Position numbers and translations under genes: made by a program
DNA from: Promethearchaeota archaeon
GTDB lineage: Archaea > Asgardarchaeota > Lokiarchaeia > Sigyniarchaeales > SOKP01
Length of the DNA: 64,000 bases
Assembly (NCBI GenBank): GCA_011364925.1
Contig: RDOA01000005.1
Location: forward strand, 56,898 to 120,897
Direction: 5' to 3'
The notes under the pieces: generated by a model
Database searches by the model: none
Seen by the model: the letters and a program-made list of their open reading frames with translations, nothing else
What the model was told of the DNA's origin: nothing
Part shown: positions 41,181 through 51,722 of the stretch, in pieces
Layout: each line of letters starts with the position of its first letter
Numbering within the stretch: position 1 is the first letter of the stretch

Positions 41181-42857
41181 ATGAGAAAAAGAACAATTTT
41201 AATGATAGTTTTTACAGCTACAGTTGTGATAATTCAATTATTTGGAATTCCATATTTAGGGATTATCTTAACATCTCATAGTGTAGAATTTGAATATATA
41301 TATAATTGGGACTTGATTGGTACTGATGGATGGTATGAAGGTTATACTGAGAATTTTCGTTCAAGTGGACATTATATAATAGATTTTAACGGTGATACCG
41401 CAGATGTAATTGCAAGAATAACTTGGACTTGGGAAGAGAATTATTACCATACGAGTGATGGTGCTATCGATAATTATCTATTCACGTACTCCCTAATTAA
41501 CGGTTCATATATCTCTGGAGATGATCAAGACTATAACGCTACAGGATTAAATGTATGGTTTCACATTCCAAATGGAGTAACTGAGTCTTCCTATCAAATA
41601 TTAGACACCTATTACGATGTATTAGGCGATGGAGTCATATGGGTTGGGCATTTAATGCCTTTTATCGGTAAACAATTACATTCTGAGGGAACCTATTATC
41701 GGGATGATATTTATGGGCAATTTGATGCAGTTTTTAACACAAATAATTATTTTACTCCAAAAGGATACTTAATAGGGGAGATTTATACGGAACACGATGA
41801 AGGATACGATCAAGAAACTGGATTGTGGTCAGTTTTTGACTTGAATTCTATACTTTTTGTCACATCTTCAAGTTATTTAAGGCCTTTTTGCTTTGGTTAT
41901 TATTTCTTAGCATACTGGTTTCCACTCTTGTTTTTCTTAGTGCTCTTCTATGTGGTTTATGAAAAGCTTCGTTGGAGGCCTCGTGTAATAGCGCGGGGGG
42001 CATTGGAGAAAGACATAATTATTCGGAGAACTTCTCCAAGAAATACCGATATTTCTTCAATCTCGTCGGTATATCTGGATATGATACCCACATATATAAA
42101 TCGTGCCAGATCACAAGGAAAACAAATTATTTATGCTCATAATCAAAAAGAAATTTTAGGCATCGGATTTATTGAGCCTAAAGCAAAAACGGGAACATTT
42201 TATGGAAAATTTATCAATGAATTAGTAAAGTTTGCTAATGTGAAATTTGTATTTACTGAAATGAGCCATTTACCAAACTTCAGAATTATAGAAACATTTG
42301 ATGTTTTTCAAGTTGAAAACCTTCAGCAACAAGATTTTAATTTTGATACAGACCATATTAGAGCAACTACAGAACCATACCTTAAGCCCATTATGAGGAT
42401 GATTGCAAACGAAGATAGTGGGAAGAAAAGTGAGAAATATGCTAAGTGGGTAATTAATTCTTTCAGGGACGATATTGCAGTGGCAGCCATTGCAAATAGA
42501 CAAGAAGATTGGATAAATCAAATTATATCAGAACTGTTTAGACGTAATTATCCGAAACCGGAGATTGTAGGTAATGAAGTTCTTTTAGGAGTTGGTTTCG
42601 CAACTCCAGGATTAGGCACTGGTTGGTTGTATGGGTTATATGTGCATCCAGCATTTAGAAATCATGGAATTGGAAGAAGCTTAGTTCAAGCAAGATTATC
42701 TACTCTTAAAGAAATGGGGTGTAATACAGTAATCACTGAAATCGCTGAATGGAACAGCCCCGCTAAGAATATATACGATGATTTTCGAGCGAAAAAAATA
42801 GGGAAAATGAACCTCTTTGGCAAGAAAATGCCGAAAGTTAAGGTGAGACGCTATTGA
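41181..42857 (+). CDS. Membrane protein with extracellular domain and cytoplasmic GNAT acetyltransferase
   Basis: N-terminal signal/TM, second TM at ~aa 240-260, LYVHPAFRNHGIGRSL motif A. Confidence 0.75.
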   Translation: MRKRTILMIVFTATVVIIQLFGIPYLGIILTSHSVEFEYIYNWDLIGTDGWYEGYTENFRSSGHYIIDFNGDTADVIARITWTWEENYYHTSDGAIDNYLFTYSLINGSYISGDDQDYNATGLNVWFHIPNGVTESSYQILDTYYDVLGDGVIWVGHLMPFIGKQLHSEGTYYRDDIYGQFDAVFNTNNYFTPKGYLIGEIYTEHDEGYDQETGLWSVFDLNSILFVTSSSYLRPFCFGYYFLAYWFPLLFFLVLFYVVYEKLRWRPRVIARGALEKDIIIRRTSPRNTDISSISSVYLDMIPTYINRARSQGKQIIYAHNQKEILGIGFIEPKAKTGTFYGKFINELVKFANVKFVFTEMSHLPNFRIIETFDVFQVENLQQQDFNFDTDHIRATTEPYLKPIMRMIANEDSGKKSEKYAKWVINSFRDDIAVAAIANRQEDWINQIISELFRRNYPKPEIVGNEVLLGVGFATPGLGTGWLYGLYVHPAFRNHGIGRSLVQARLSTLKEMGCNTVITEIAEWNSPAKNIYDDFRAKKIGKMNLFGKKMPKVKVRRY

Positions 42858-44050
42858 GGGATAAAATTATTAGTAATTCAGCTTATCATCGTCATTTGAT
42901 CGATTCTATGGATTATCACCTATTTGAAACTGAACCTGAAAGTTTTGATATAAATCCAAATTATAAATTTTTGGATAAATGGGTGAAAGCATATATAGGT
43001 CCAGCAACAGCAGAATTTCACGCAATTTCAAATGGAAAACATCTTGCTTTAAAAGATGAAAATAGAAATGCTATAATTCCTAATCTTAATAAAGAAATAG
43101 ACGGTAAAGTTTTTTATTTATCGGTTAAAGGATGCGGAGCTCAAGAAGACATGTTTTTCGGAGGAAATTTAACTTCGAGTAAAATTCAGGCAGCCTGTAG
43201 AGATCCAAGCTATAAAACAAAGTTAAAAAACGTTAATAATTGTTCAGGATTTATAATGGGGGAATCATGGATGGGTGAGAGCCCCTATGGTGCACAAGGT
43301 TATATTAATGGTTTAGATGAGCTTAAATTTTCTTCAATCGCCAATTTTGATTCTATTAAGGGTGCACATTTATGTCCTGCGATTGGCCTTGTAAAGATAC
43401 CACAGAACATTGAAGACACTGCAAGAAATTTCTTTTGGTTTAGGACTTATGATGATCATTTCTATCAAGTAATAAGACTTGTCCCATCTAATATCAGGTT
43501 ATACTTCGAATCTAATCATGTAATCGCAAATACTAAATCTATTTTTTCTCTGTTTGAGATAAATTCTCCCAATAAAGCTGAATCATTTGAACTTAAATTT
43601 ATACAAAGTGGAATTGCTTTGTTAACACTCTATGCAAGGTCGGCTAAAGTGGAGGGCAAGCAAATATCAGGAATTATTTACAAAGATGTATGGTTTGATA
43701 AGGATTGTGTAGTAGCTCCAGATGGGACCATTCATTTTGCTGATATAGAAGGATTTATTTGGAAAAAAACATCACCGAAAGGGTATGATAAAATTTTAAA
43801 GGAAGAATGGGAAAAATTAGTATTTGAATTTTTATACGCCCTTGTTAAAATTGATACTTATCGCCATAAGTTAAACGAAAAACATTTGGAATGGGATAAA
43901 CAGCGTATGGAATTAGCACTGCTTATTCATCAGGCACTAAATAAAGATATATTCACATACGCTGAAAATCGAAATAAAGATTTAATTATAGTAATAGAGG
44001 GTGAATCGCTACCAAGAGTTGAAATCCCCTTAATAAAAATGGTGAATTAA
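42854..44050 (+). CDS. Atypical kinase-fold (SelO-like?) protein
   Basis: YLSVKGCG, SPYG, DKDCVVAPDGTIHFADIEG. Confidence 0.5.
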   Translation: MRDKIISNSAYHRHLIDSMDYHLFETEPESFDINPNYKFLDKWVKAYIGPATAEFHAISNGKHLALKDENRNAIIPNLNKEIDGKVFYLSVKGCGAQEDMFFGGNLTSSKIQAACRDPSYKTKLKNVNNCSGFIMGESWMGESPYGAQGYINGLDELKFSSIANFDSIKGAHLCPAIGLVKIPQNIEDTARNFFWFRTYDDHFYQVIRLVPSNIRLYFESNHVIANTKSIFSLFEINSPNKAESFELKFIQSGIALLTLYARSAKVEGKQISGIIYKDVWFDKDCVVAPDGTIHFADIEGFIWKKTSPKGYDKILKEEWEKLVFEFLYALVKIDTYRHKLNEKHLEWDKQRMELALLIHQALNKDIFTYAENRNKDLIIVIEGESLPRVEIPLIKMVN

Positions 44051-44052
44051 AA

Positions 44053-45537
44053 ATGGAATGTGATAGAGCTTTAGAAATATTAAATTCAATAAAGTCTGCA
44101 ACGGATATTATTTGTTCTTTTGAAGAAATATCAGAATTAAAAAGATTTAATCTTATTTCCGAATTTACTCTACGAGAGCCCAGAAAATCTCTCGAACACG
44201 ATCTAAAAGGTCAAAAAAGCCAATTTATAAGACTTAACAGTGAGATTCGGGACGCTTATAGGAATCTGATGTCTATGGAAGCCGATCTTGAAAATACATC
44301 TCTATTTTCTGGTAAAAATAAATTAAAAAAGGAAATCAATACATTGAAATCTATAATTCAGAGTAAAGATTTAGAAGTTAAGAACCTTAAAGATAATATT
44401 CTGTCCCTTACTCTCGAAAAGGAAACTTACGAACGTGCTGTTAAAGTTAATAGCATAAAAGTTGTGATAACGCCACTTGGAGAAAAAATGATAGATGAGA
44501 TACAAGCTCGCAAACGTTATTATTTTAGGGATTTATCTGATTTGATCAACGTGATTAGGAGATTAGATGAAGAATTTGGAAGAATTATTAACCAGATCGG
44601 AAATGTCATGAGGACTAATAATTTTTCCCCGATTTGGGCTCTTTATTTAATTAATACAAATATACAGAACCTTGTTCCTGTTATGAATGCTATAACCATG
44701 AGTGAGTATTCTTATAATGAGGCTCAGAAAAAAATGATGCGATTATCTTTCTATCTTATGAATCATCCTGAAATACCTGTTCCACCAAATGTAAGAGTAG
44801 CAAAAAGGTTAGACGCCGAATTTAAATACCAATATGGGAAATATGCTCCTATTCAAGAACTTAATGAAATGTTTAATAACGCTGGTATTTCAACTTTTTA
44901 TATTCAAAAAGCTTTGTCTCTACTTTCTAGACTTTTTTCAATATGGGTTACAAAAGGTAGTCAGAAAATCCAAGATTTGGATGAATATTTTAATAACCTA
45001 AAAATATTTGTCGACTTCAAAGGAGATTTACCAATGATAGGGAAAAACACAAGGCTTTATGAACACCTAAATCAAAGGATAGATGAAGAGATGTTATATG
45101 TTTTTCTAACTCTTGCGTACTCTACTAATCTTGATGCATATAATTATTTTTATAGCCTTTTTCAAGAAGTTCCTGAGGGAAATAAGTTTTTTTCATCTAT
45201 AGCAACTCTATTTCCCTGGGATCCTGAAGAAACTTGGATGATATTATTGCGGGCTCAATCAAATATACTTAAAGCTCAAAGCGCTAAATTTATACCAGAG
45301 TTGATTGAGTATGCCCTATTAATGGCTTTAAATCCAAATATTTTATCAATTGAAAATAACATGAGTCATGAGCAGCTTGAAAAATGGAGGTTTTTAATTA
45401 TCCCTACTATTCATTTAAGCATATATTCGTTTTTAGAAAAAGATCTGGAGACATATATAAGAAGGAGACCTTTAGCATACATCATCGCGCCGAGATATTA
45501 TCACTATTCCATGCTCCATTACCATGTGATAGGATAA
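44053..45537 (+). CDS. Hypothetical coiled-coil/helical protein
   Basis: ORF coupled to the upstream genes; N-terminal coiled coil. Confidence 0.55.
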   Translation: MECDRALEILNSIKSATDIICSFEEISELKRFNLISEFTLREPRKSLEHDLKGQKSQFIRLNSEIRDAYRNLMSMEADLENTSLFSGKNKLKKEINTLKSIIQSKDLEVKNLKDNILSLTLEKETYERAVKVNSIKVVITPLGEKMIDEIQARKRYYFRDLSDLINVIRRLDEEFGRIINQIGNVMRTNNFSPIWALYLINTNIQNLVPVMNAITMSEYSYNEAQKKMMRLSFYLMNHPEIPVPPNVRVAKRLDAEFKYQYGKYAPIQELNEMFNNAGISTFYIQKALSLLSRLFSIWVTKGSQKIQDLDEYFNNLKIFVDFKGDLPMIGKNTRLYEHLNQRIDEEMLYVFLTLAYSTNLDAYNYFYSLFQEVPEGNKFFSSIATLFPWDPEETWMILLRAQSNILKAQSAKFIPELIEYALLMALNPNILSIENNMSHEQLEKWRFLIIPTIHLSIYSFLEKDLETYIRRRPLAYIIAPRYYHYSMLHYHVIG

Positions 45538-45774
45538 TCGTGAATTTTTTTATAATTTTCAATACAAAAGTGAAGAAGAATAGTTTCTGGAGTTGTAAAC
45601 CTTTCTTTTATTGATTCTAATATTTTGACAACATTTTCGATTTTTTTTTAATTACCATTTATAATCTCGTAAGTGTTTTAATGCCTAATCCACTGTTTAC
45701 AAATATACTAAATTTAAAGAGCCTTCATCTAGTTATCATCCATAACATTTTTATATTTTATTCTTTCTGTTATT

Positions 45775-46446
45775 ATGGATTCTTTAGTTTTAGAAAGCTA
45801 TCAAATTATTTGGCAGAAGATCAAAACAAAATTGCTAATAAAAGCTTCTCGTAATCTTAAGTGGGGTTCATGCGGTTTCACAGACCCTGATGTTACCTTA
45901 GAATTACAATTTTCTGGTAGTGGTACTCTAGATAATCCTTATCTGATTACAACTAGAAAATTTTGGCTAAATGACCTTTTTCAGCTAGATCTCTTTAACT
46001 CCACTTCTTACCTTTTAGTTAAAGGCATTGCCCTAAATGCCCTTTACCTAACAAATTGTAAAAATATAACCTTAAAAGATGTCAATTTAAAATATTTAGG
46101 GCTAGAAAACTGTTCCATAATTTCCATAGAGAATGTAAATATCTTGAAACATCTAAAGCTATCAAAAGTAAGCCAGATAAAAATCATAGAGTGCAATATT
46201 GGCAAACTTTTCGCCTATTCAGGAGATCACATCTCGATTTTATATTCTGAAATAAAAAAAATTTCGCGAAAATCAAAAGCTAGAATTTATATTCAATCCA
46301 AATATGAAAATCCATTATCAAATGTGAAATCTGAAACAAAAAAAACAAAATTGAATCTCGAATTTTGGCTGTGCCCTCAATGTGGTACTGAAGTGGACAT
46401 GTTTTCGAGATTTTGCCATAATTGTGGTTTTAGATTTAATAAGTAA
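45775..46446 (+). CDS. Beta-solenoid protein with C-terminal zinc ribbon
   Basis: GSGTLDNPYLI, LxLxNC repeats, CPQC..CHNC. Confidence 0.6.
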   Translation: MDSLVLESYQIIWQKIKTKLLIKASRNLKWGSCGFTDPDVTLELQFSGSGTLDNPYLITTRKFWLNDLFQLDLFNSTSYLLVKGIALNALYLTNCKNITLKDVNLKYLGLENCSIISIENVNILKHLKLSKVSQIKIIECNIGKLFAYSGDHISILYSEIKKISRKSKARIYIQSKYENPLSNVKSETKKTKLNLEFWLCPQCGTEVDMFSRFCHNCGFRFNK

Positions 46447-46464
46447 ATAAAAACAATAAATTAG

Positions 46465-47157
46465 GTGTCAAAAGCGAAAATTAAGCAAAGAGTATTACTC
46501 TTTCCATTATTAACATCAATCATTATTGGATTTATCGCAGTTTTTTCAAATCAAGAATTTGTAATGGATTTTGCTTTTCATGAAGATTCTGGAGAAAATT
46601 TAGGAGGTTTCAGTATAGAAAGAGAAGTATCTAATACAATTCAGTGGGAATTCACTTCAACTAGTGATGTTGATCTTTTAATAATTAAAAAAAGCACCCT
46701 GGAATATTACAAAAGAGTAGCTACAGAACTTTCTGCAAATTGGCATTCCGATTATAACGAACTCATGAGAAGATTTCTGGAAGATGATTATGTATCAAGA
46801 GGAAACAAGACAGACTCAGGAAAATTTGATGTATATTCATCCGGATTACATTATATTAAATTTAGCACAAGTGGAACTATTGATTACATTATTAAGTGCG
46901 ATCCGTTTTCAATTGATTTAGTGGGGGTTTTTTATACCTTTTTAGGATTGATTACAACAATCGGTATTATTTCTTATGTGTTTAAATTTATGAAATTAGC
47001 AACAATAAAATACAAAAATGAAAAAGACATCACCAAATCTATAAATCAAACCGAGCTTCCATGTGAAAGATGTGGAGCATTATGCGACTCAGATTCAGTT
47101 TTTTGCTATGAGTGTGGTGCCAAACTTAAAAATTATATCTTAAATAGAATTTCCTAA
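46465..47157 (+). CDS. Membrane protein with C-terminal zinc ribbon
   Basis: Two TM segments, CERC..CYEC. Confidence 0.6.
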   Translation: MSKAKIKQRVLLFPLLTSIIIGFIAVFSNQEFVMDFAFHEDSGENLGGFSIEREVSNTIQWEFTSTSDVDLLIIKKSTLEYYKRVATELSANWHSDYNELMRRFLEDDYVSRGNKTDSGKFDVYSSGLHYIKFSTSGTIDYIIKCDPFSIDLVGVFYTFLGLITTIGIISYVFKFMKLATIKYKNEKDITKSINQTELPCERCGALCDSDSVFCYECGAKLKNYILNRIS

Positions 47158-47438
47158 TCAGCTTCAGTCGGAGCTAGTATTGATTAAGTGAATGTATGAA
47201 GTTTTCCTAGATTTTAAGATCGAAAACTAAAAAAGTTTTTATGACCAACCTTGAAAGTCATCATAGTTTCGATTTTACAAAAATGTAGAAAATCAAAATC
47301 TTTTTATATTTCTGCTAAATAGATAGTATTTGGAGAGCAAATCTCCTCAATTTAATCCAAAACAAATAAATAATGTGAATTTTAAAACATTAGAGTTTAT
47401 ACTTCAAACAGAATTAATTAAAAAAGGTGAAATCTTAA

Positions 47439-49169
47439 TTGAAGAAAAGTACTAAAACATTACTGTACTTAACAGTAATAATTCTTGCGTTAACAACAAC
47501 ATCAGTTTATTCTTTAACGAGTTCCAATACTTCACAGGGTGGAAAAAAGGGAATAAATGTTATCGATTGGGCTTATAGAAAAGTGACTTTAGTTGAGTCA
47601 ACTCCATTGAGAGGCTGTAATGGACTTATATTTGGGCCAGATGGGGCTCTTTATGTATGTCAAACAAGTCCTAACTCTATTTCCAGAGTAAAGCTACAGG
47701 GTAAGCATACTCCTCGTGTGGAAACGTTTGTTGGTCCTAATCACGGAGTAATCACCCCTGATGACATTACAGTAGATGATAACGGTAATTTTTACGCTAC
47801 TAGCGCCATCGGTGGAGAGGTATACAAGATTGATTCACAAGGGATGAAACATGTAATCGCTCGGGGATTAAGTGGCCCAAACGGTATAAGTTACGATGAA
47901 GAGTCTGGAAGGCTGTTCATGACTGAATGTTTTTGGGGTAATCGTATATTTGAGCTAGATCCTGATGGTGTAACGCCACCAAGATTAGTGAATGATCAAT
48001 TATATGTGCCTGAAGGATTTGATATTAGGGATGGAAAGCTTGTTATTCCTGATTTTGGTTCATGGTGGATTGTCGAGGTGGATATGGATACAGGTGTTAT
48101 AGAACCTCTGGTAACTGAGGGTTTAATCACTCCTGTAGCTCTGAAGATAGGTCCCGATGGTTATATTTACACCGTCGAACTAGCTACTGGGTTAGTTAAG
48201 AAAATCAATCCTGATGATTTTGAAATAGAGATATTAACCATGCTTAGTCCTGGCTTAGATAATCTTGCTTTTGGACCAGATGGTTATCTCTATGTCAGCA
48301 GTTATCATGATTGCACAATATGGAAGGTTGATCCCGATAGCGGTGAAAATACTATGCTTTTCCCTATGGGAATTAATTCAGTAGCTAGCATAGATGTGAA
48401 AGGTGAAGACCTTTATGTTTGTGATTCTATAATGGTAAGGAGGATTGACGAAGAAGGAAACGTTTATAAAACTTGGGCTAATGCTTGGCTATCGCCAACC
48501 GGGTATCCATTACCTATGACATTGACGAATGCCATTGGAGATAACCTTATTACTGCTGATTTTATAGATGGTGTTGTGGCAGAGATCGATCCTACAGCCG
48601 TAGTTGAGGACTGGAGGTTTCTTGTTGACCATTTTGATTCAATTTCTAGTCCTGCTGGAATGGAAGTAGATGTTGAAAATAACTTGTTATACATTGCAGC
48701 ATATGGTTCAGGAGAAGTTATAGAGGTCGACCTTATAACCCTAGAAAGAAGGATAGTCGCTGACTATCTCTCTGGACCAGTTGATCTAGTAATTAAGGAT
48801 GGAACCCTATATGTAGCTGAAGCACTCGCTGGGCGTATAACAATGATCGATATCGCAAGTGGAATTAAAGAAATATTTCTCAATGGCTACGTTGGAAAAC
48901 CCAAGGGTCTCGCCTGGGATGATAATGGAAATTTACTCATTGTTGACACAGCAAAAAGAGAACTTTTAAAAGTAAATATGGATAATTTAGATATCCGCGT
49001 AGTAGCATCCAATCTTCCTGCGATACACACAACATATTATCCTTATCCACTTATCTGGGACGCACCCGCACCTATTGCAGTTAATGCAAAGGGTGATATA
49101 TTTTTAGCGGGTAGCGATGGTAGCGTAATCATGCTGAAATACCATGGACATCACTGGTGGCACTGGTAA
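47439..49169 (+). CDS. Secreted double beta-propeller (SMP-30/gluconolactonase/NHL)
   Basis: Signal peptide; repeated GL..P.GL.FGPDG.LYV blades. Confidence 0.8.
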   Translation: MKKSTKTLLYLTVIILALTTTSVYSLTSSNTSQGGKKGINVIDWAYRKVTLVESTPLRGCNGLIFGPDGALYVCQTSPNSISRVKLQGKHTPRVETFVGPNHGVITPDDITVDDNGNFYATSAIGGEVYKIDSQGMKHVIARGLSGPNGISYDEESGRLFMTECFWGNRIFELDPDGVTPPRLVNDQLYVPEGFDIRDGKLVIPDFGSWWIVEVDMDTGVIEPLVTEGLITPVALKIGPDGYIYTVELATGLVKKINPDDFEIEILTMLSPGLDNLAFGPDGYLYVSSYHDCTIWKVDPDSGENTMLFPMGINSVASIDVKGEDLYVCDSIMVRRIDEEGNVYKTWANAWLSPTGYPLPMTLTNAIGDNLITADFIDGVVAEIDPTAVVEDWRFLVDHFDSISSPAGMEVDVENNLLYIAAYGSGEVIEVDLITLERRIVADYLSGPVDLVIKDGTLYVAEALAGRITMIDIASGIKEIFLNGYVGKPKGLAWDDNGNLLIVDTAKRELLKVNMDNLDIRVVASNLPAIHTTYYPYPLIWDAPAPIAVNAKGDIFLAGSDGSVIMLKYHGHHWWHW

Positions 49170-49609
49170 CATTCGCATACATGTCTGGTCTATTGACTAG
49201 TAATTAGCTAGAATATTAAAAAACTAAATATTACCACTTTTTTTATTTTTTGAGATATCATAATTGCTGAATAAAATCAAAATCTATAAGTAATAAAGGA
49301 AGAATTTGGTTTGAAAATGTTTGGAGAAAAAACTTTTTTGGTGAAATTATTGATACACCAGAAGAATTTATTTAATATTTCTGCAATAGTGTCAATACCG
49401 TCTATAAGACAGCAATGAATAAGGATAATCTAAAGCAACAGCTTTCAAAAATAATTTGATTTCTAACTGCTCTTAAAGGAAGACTTAATCGTGTTTGCGA
49501 AACTAAGTAGAAAACTAAAAAGATTTTTATGACATTCTATACTTTTAATTCTATCTTAATTAGGTTTAAAAGAGTTTTTTTAATTCCAAGTTAAGAACAG
49601 CACTAATTC

Positions 49610-49715
49610 GCCAAGGTGGCGTAGTAGCGACCGTATATCAGGGTCCTGCGAAACCCGGGAACGCACCAGACTGAAGATCTGGGTATCGAGGGTTCAAATC
49701 CCTCCCTTGGCACCA
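49610..49715 (+). tRNA. tRNA-Phe(GAA) with ~27-29 nt D-loop intron; CCA encoded
   Basis: GCCAAGG/CCTTGGC-ACCA, D stem GCGT/ACGC, anticodon arm CCAGA-CTGAAGA-TCTGG. Confidence 0.9.
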
Positions 49716-49724
49716 TAAATCTTC

Positions 49725-50264
49725 TCAATTAACTCGGACTTTAAGCAGTATTCTCCTATTATCCTTTTCTATGAATTCTTTAAATTTTGGATTTCTATCG
49801 TCGATAAACTCCCAGAATTCGTCGTAAATGTCTTTAAGGCTTCGTTTTCCCGCATTTTGTTCAGTATATTCCGGAGTTGGGTGCGAACCCCTATTACTTT
49901 TATGTTTAGGCTTGTATTCGACATAGTTCCCCTCAAAAATGAGATTTTCGAATAATTCATCTTCATTTTCTTTTAAAAGTTTTAGATCAACCCGAGATTC
50001 TACAGATTTTTGAGTTTCAAATTCAAAATCTACTTTTTGATATCCGCGAACGCTAAAATTTTTGTCTACAAACGCTTGGAAGTGATGATCGCAAACTAAA
50101 CCTTTAGGAAGAGAAATTGTGGTTAATTGTTTTGCTTCGTTAATTACGGATTTTGGGAATTTCAAATCCTTACTAACTTTACATATAGGACATGTAATTT
50201 TGACGCATGAATATTCGTTCAGTTCGGTTATCTGTGGATGGACATTTTGTTCCAAAATCGCCAT
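49725..50264 (-). CDS. Zn-binding domain protein (CxxC...CxH)
   Basis: CPIC...LVCDHHFQAFVDKNFSVRGYQKVDF; paralogous to 51060. Confidence 0.6.
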   Translation of the reverse strand: MAILEQNVHPQITELNEYSCVKITCPICKVSKDLKFPKSVINEAKQLTTISLPKGLVCDHHFQAFVDKNFSVRGYQKVDFEFETQKSVESRVDLKLLKENEDELFENLIFEGNYVEYKPKHKSNRGSHPTPEYTEQNAGKRSLKDIYDEFWEFIDDRNPKFKEFIEKDNRRILLKVRVN

Positions 50265-50374
50265 AGTAATTTACACCCATGTTAATTTTTAAATTTACAC
50301 ATAAAAACTACTAGTTTTTTCAATCTATCTAAAAACTATCCAAAAAAAGAGATAAACTCCTACACTTTGGCCAT

Positions 50375-50917
50375 TTAGTTATTTACCGTATCAAAACTTT
50401 GATTCAAATTTTCTTTTCCTAATTCAAAATTAAACTCGAGTGTTGGGATAATTTCTGAAGTGAATTTAAATTTATGTTGTCCCTCAGAAAACTTATCAAG
50501 ACTGTCTTCGTCAATTTTTATTACTATATTGATTGTATCGCCTAATGCTATGATTTTTCCTGCGAGTTTACCGCGTAGTAAATCGTCTATTGTAAATTTT
50601 TCTTTTCTGATATAGAATGTAAAGTGATCTTTAAGTTTGGCAATTTCGAAATCTTTCTTAGAAACATTAATGGGGGTATCATCAAGATAAAGTTTACCAT
50701 AGTCGGACAATTGAAAAGTGTTTACGTTAAAATCTTTTGTATTAAATCCTCCCAATTCTATCTCTTTAGGGATTTCCATTGGCATGATGACATTCAAAGC
50801 TTTGATTAGAAGAGAATCTGCTTTTCCATCACCATTTGTATCAACAGTATATATAGATTTCGTAGGTGGAAAGATCTTTTTGAAGAGAACCTTTAGAGCA
50901 GAAATATCAATAGACAT
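50375..50917 (-). CDS. Hypothetical beta-rich protein with DxDxDG-like Ca loop
   Basis: VDTNGDGKADS. Confidence 0.5.
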   Translation of the reverse strand: MSIDISALKVLFKKIFPPTKSIYTVDTNGDGKADSLLIKALNVIMPMEIPKEIELGGFNTKDFNVNTFQLSDYGKLYLDDTPINVSKKDFEIAKLKDHFTFYIRKEKFTIDDLLRGKLAGKIIALGDTINIVIKIDEDSLDKFSEGQHKFKFTSEIIPTLEFNFELGKENLNQSFDTVNN

Positions 50918-51059
50918 TAGAATACAGACAATTTAACAGTCAATTATTATTCTATAATTAGTATAATTTTTAATTAATTAAAAATTTTGGACATAACTTT
51001 TAAAAGTGTTATAATATTGCGAATTTTTAAAATAAACTTCCACTACATGTTTCGTATAA

Positions 51060-51722
51060 ATGAATGATTTGAAATCAGCAGAAGAAAATTCAGACCATAA
51101 GGAATTGTTCGAAAATATTGTTTTAAGGTGTCCAAGATGTGGCACTCAAAAGATGATTCAAGTCCCTTCAAAGGTAATAACTCAAAGTGGGATGGTAATT
51201 ACTATAGGAATTCCAGTAGGGCTGATTTGTGACCATTCGTTTCAAGCGTATGTAGATAAATTCTCCTCAGTAAGGGGCTATCAAGTAGTAGACTTTCTAA
51301 TTCCCAAAACGGAATATCTCCAAAGCGCTTTACCTAAAGATGAACAAAATGAAACCGACAGTCAGTTTACTAAATCACCTTTATTTCAAAACATTATTTA
51401 TTTACTAAGAAATTGTGTTGATGACAGAGAAATTCTTGGAAGTGCTGTGTTTACTACTAAAGGAAATGTTTTATACTCGTCTATTCCAGATAATACTCTA
51501 ATAGATACCATGAGCGAATTTGAAGTTAGGAGTAAAGAAAAATTACATCGCATTACAAAGATGTTCCTTGAATTAAAAAACCATCAAAAAGTATGTTCAG
51601 AATATATCCAGATTATTGATTTAGAAATCATAGTCGTCCTTTTTTTTGCCGAAATGGTAAACTTTGCGATAGGTAATATGTATTTAAAAAATTTAGTAAA
51701 AAGCATCGAAAGTTTAACTTAA
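51060..51722 (+). CDS. Zn-binding domain fused to roadblock-like domain
   Basis: CPRC...ICDHSFQAYVDKFSSVRGYQ; ILGSAVFTTKGNVLYSS. Confidence 0.65.
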   Translation: MNDLKSAEENSDHKELFENIVLRCPRCGTQKMIQVPSKVITQSGMVITIGIPVGLICDHSFQAYVDKFSSVRGYQVVDFLIPKTEYLQSALPKDEQNETDSQFTKSPLFQNIIYLLRNCVDDREILGSAVFTTKGNVLYSSIPDNTLIDTMSEFEVRSKEKLHRITKMFLELKNHQKVCSEYIQIIDLEIIVVLFFAEMVNFAIGNMYLKNLVKSIESLT

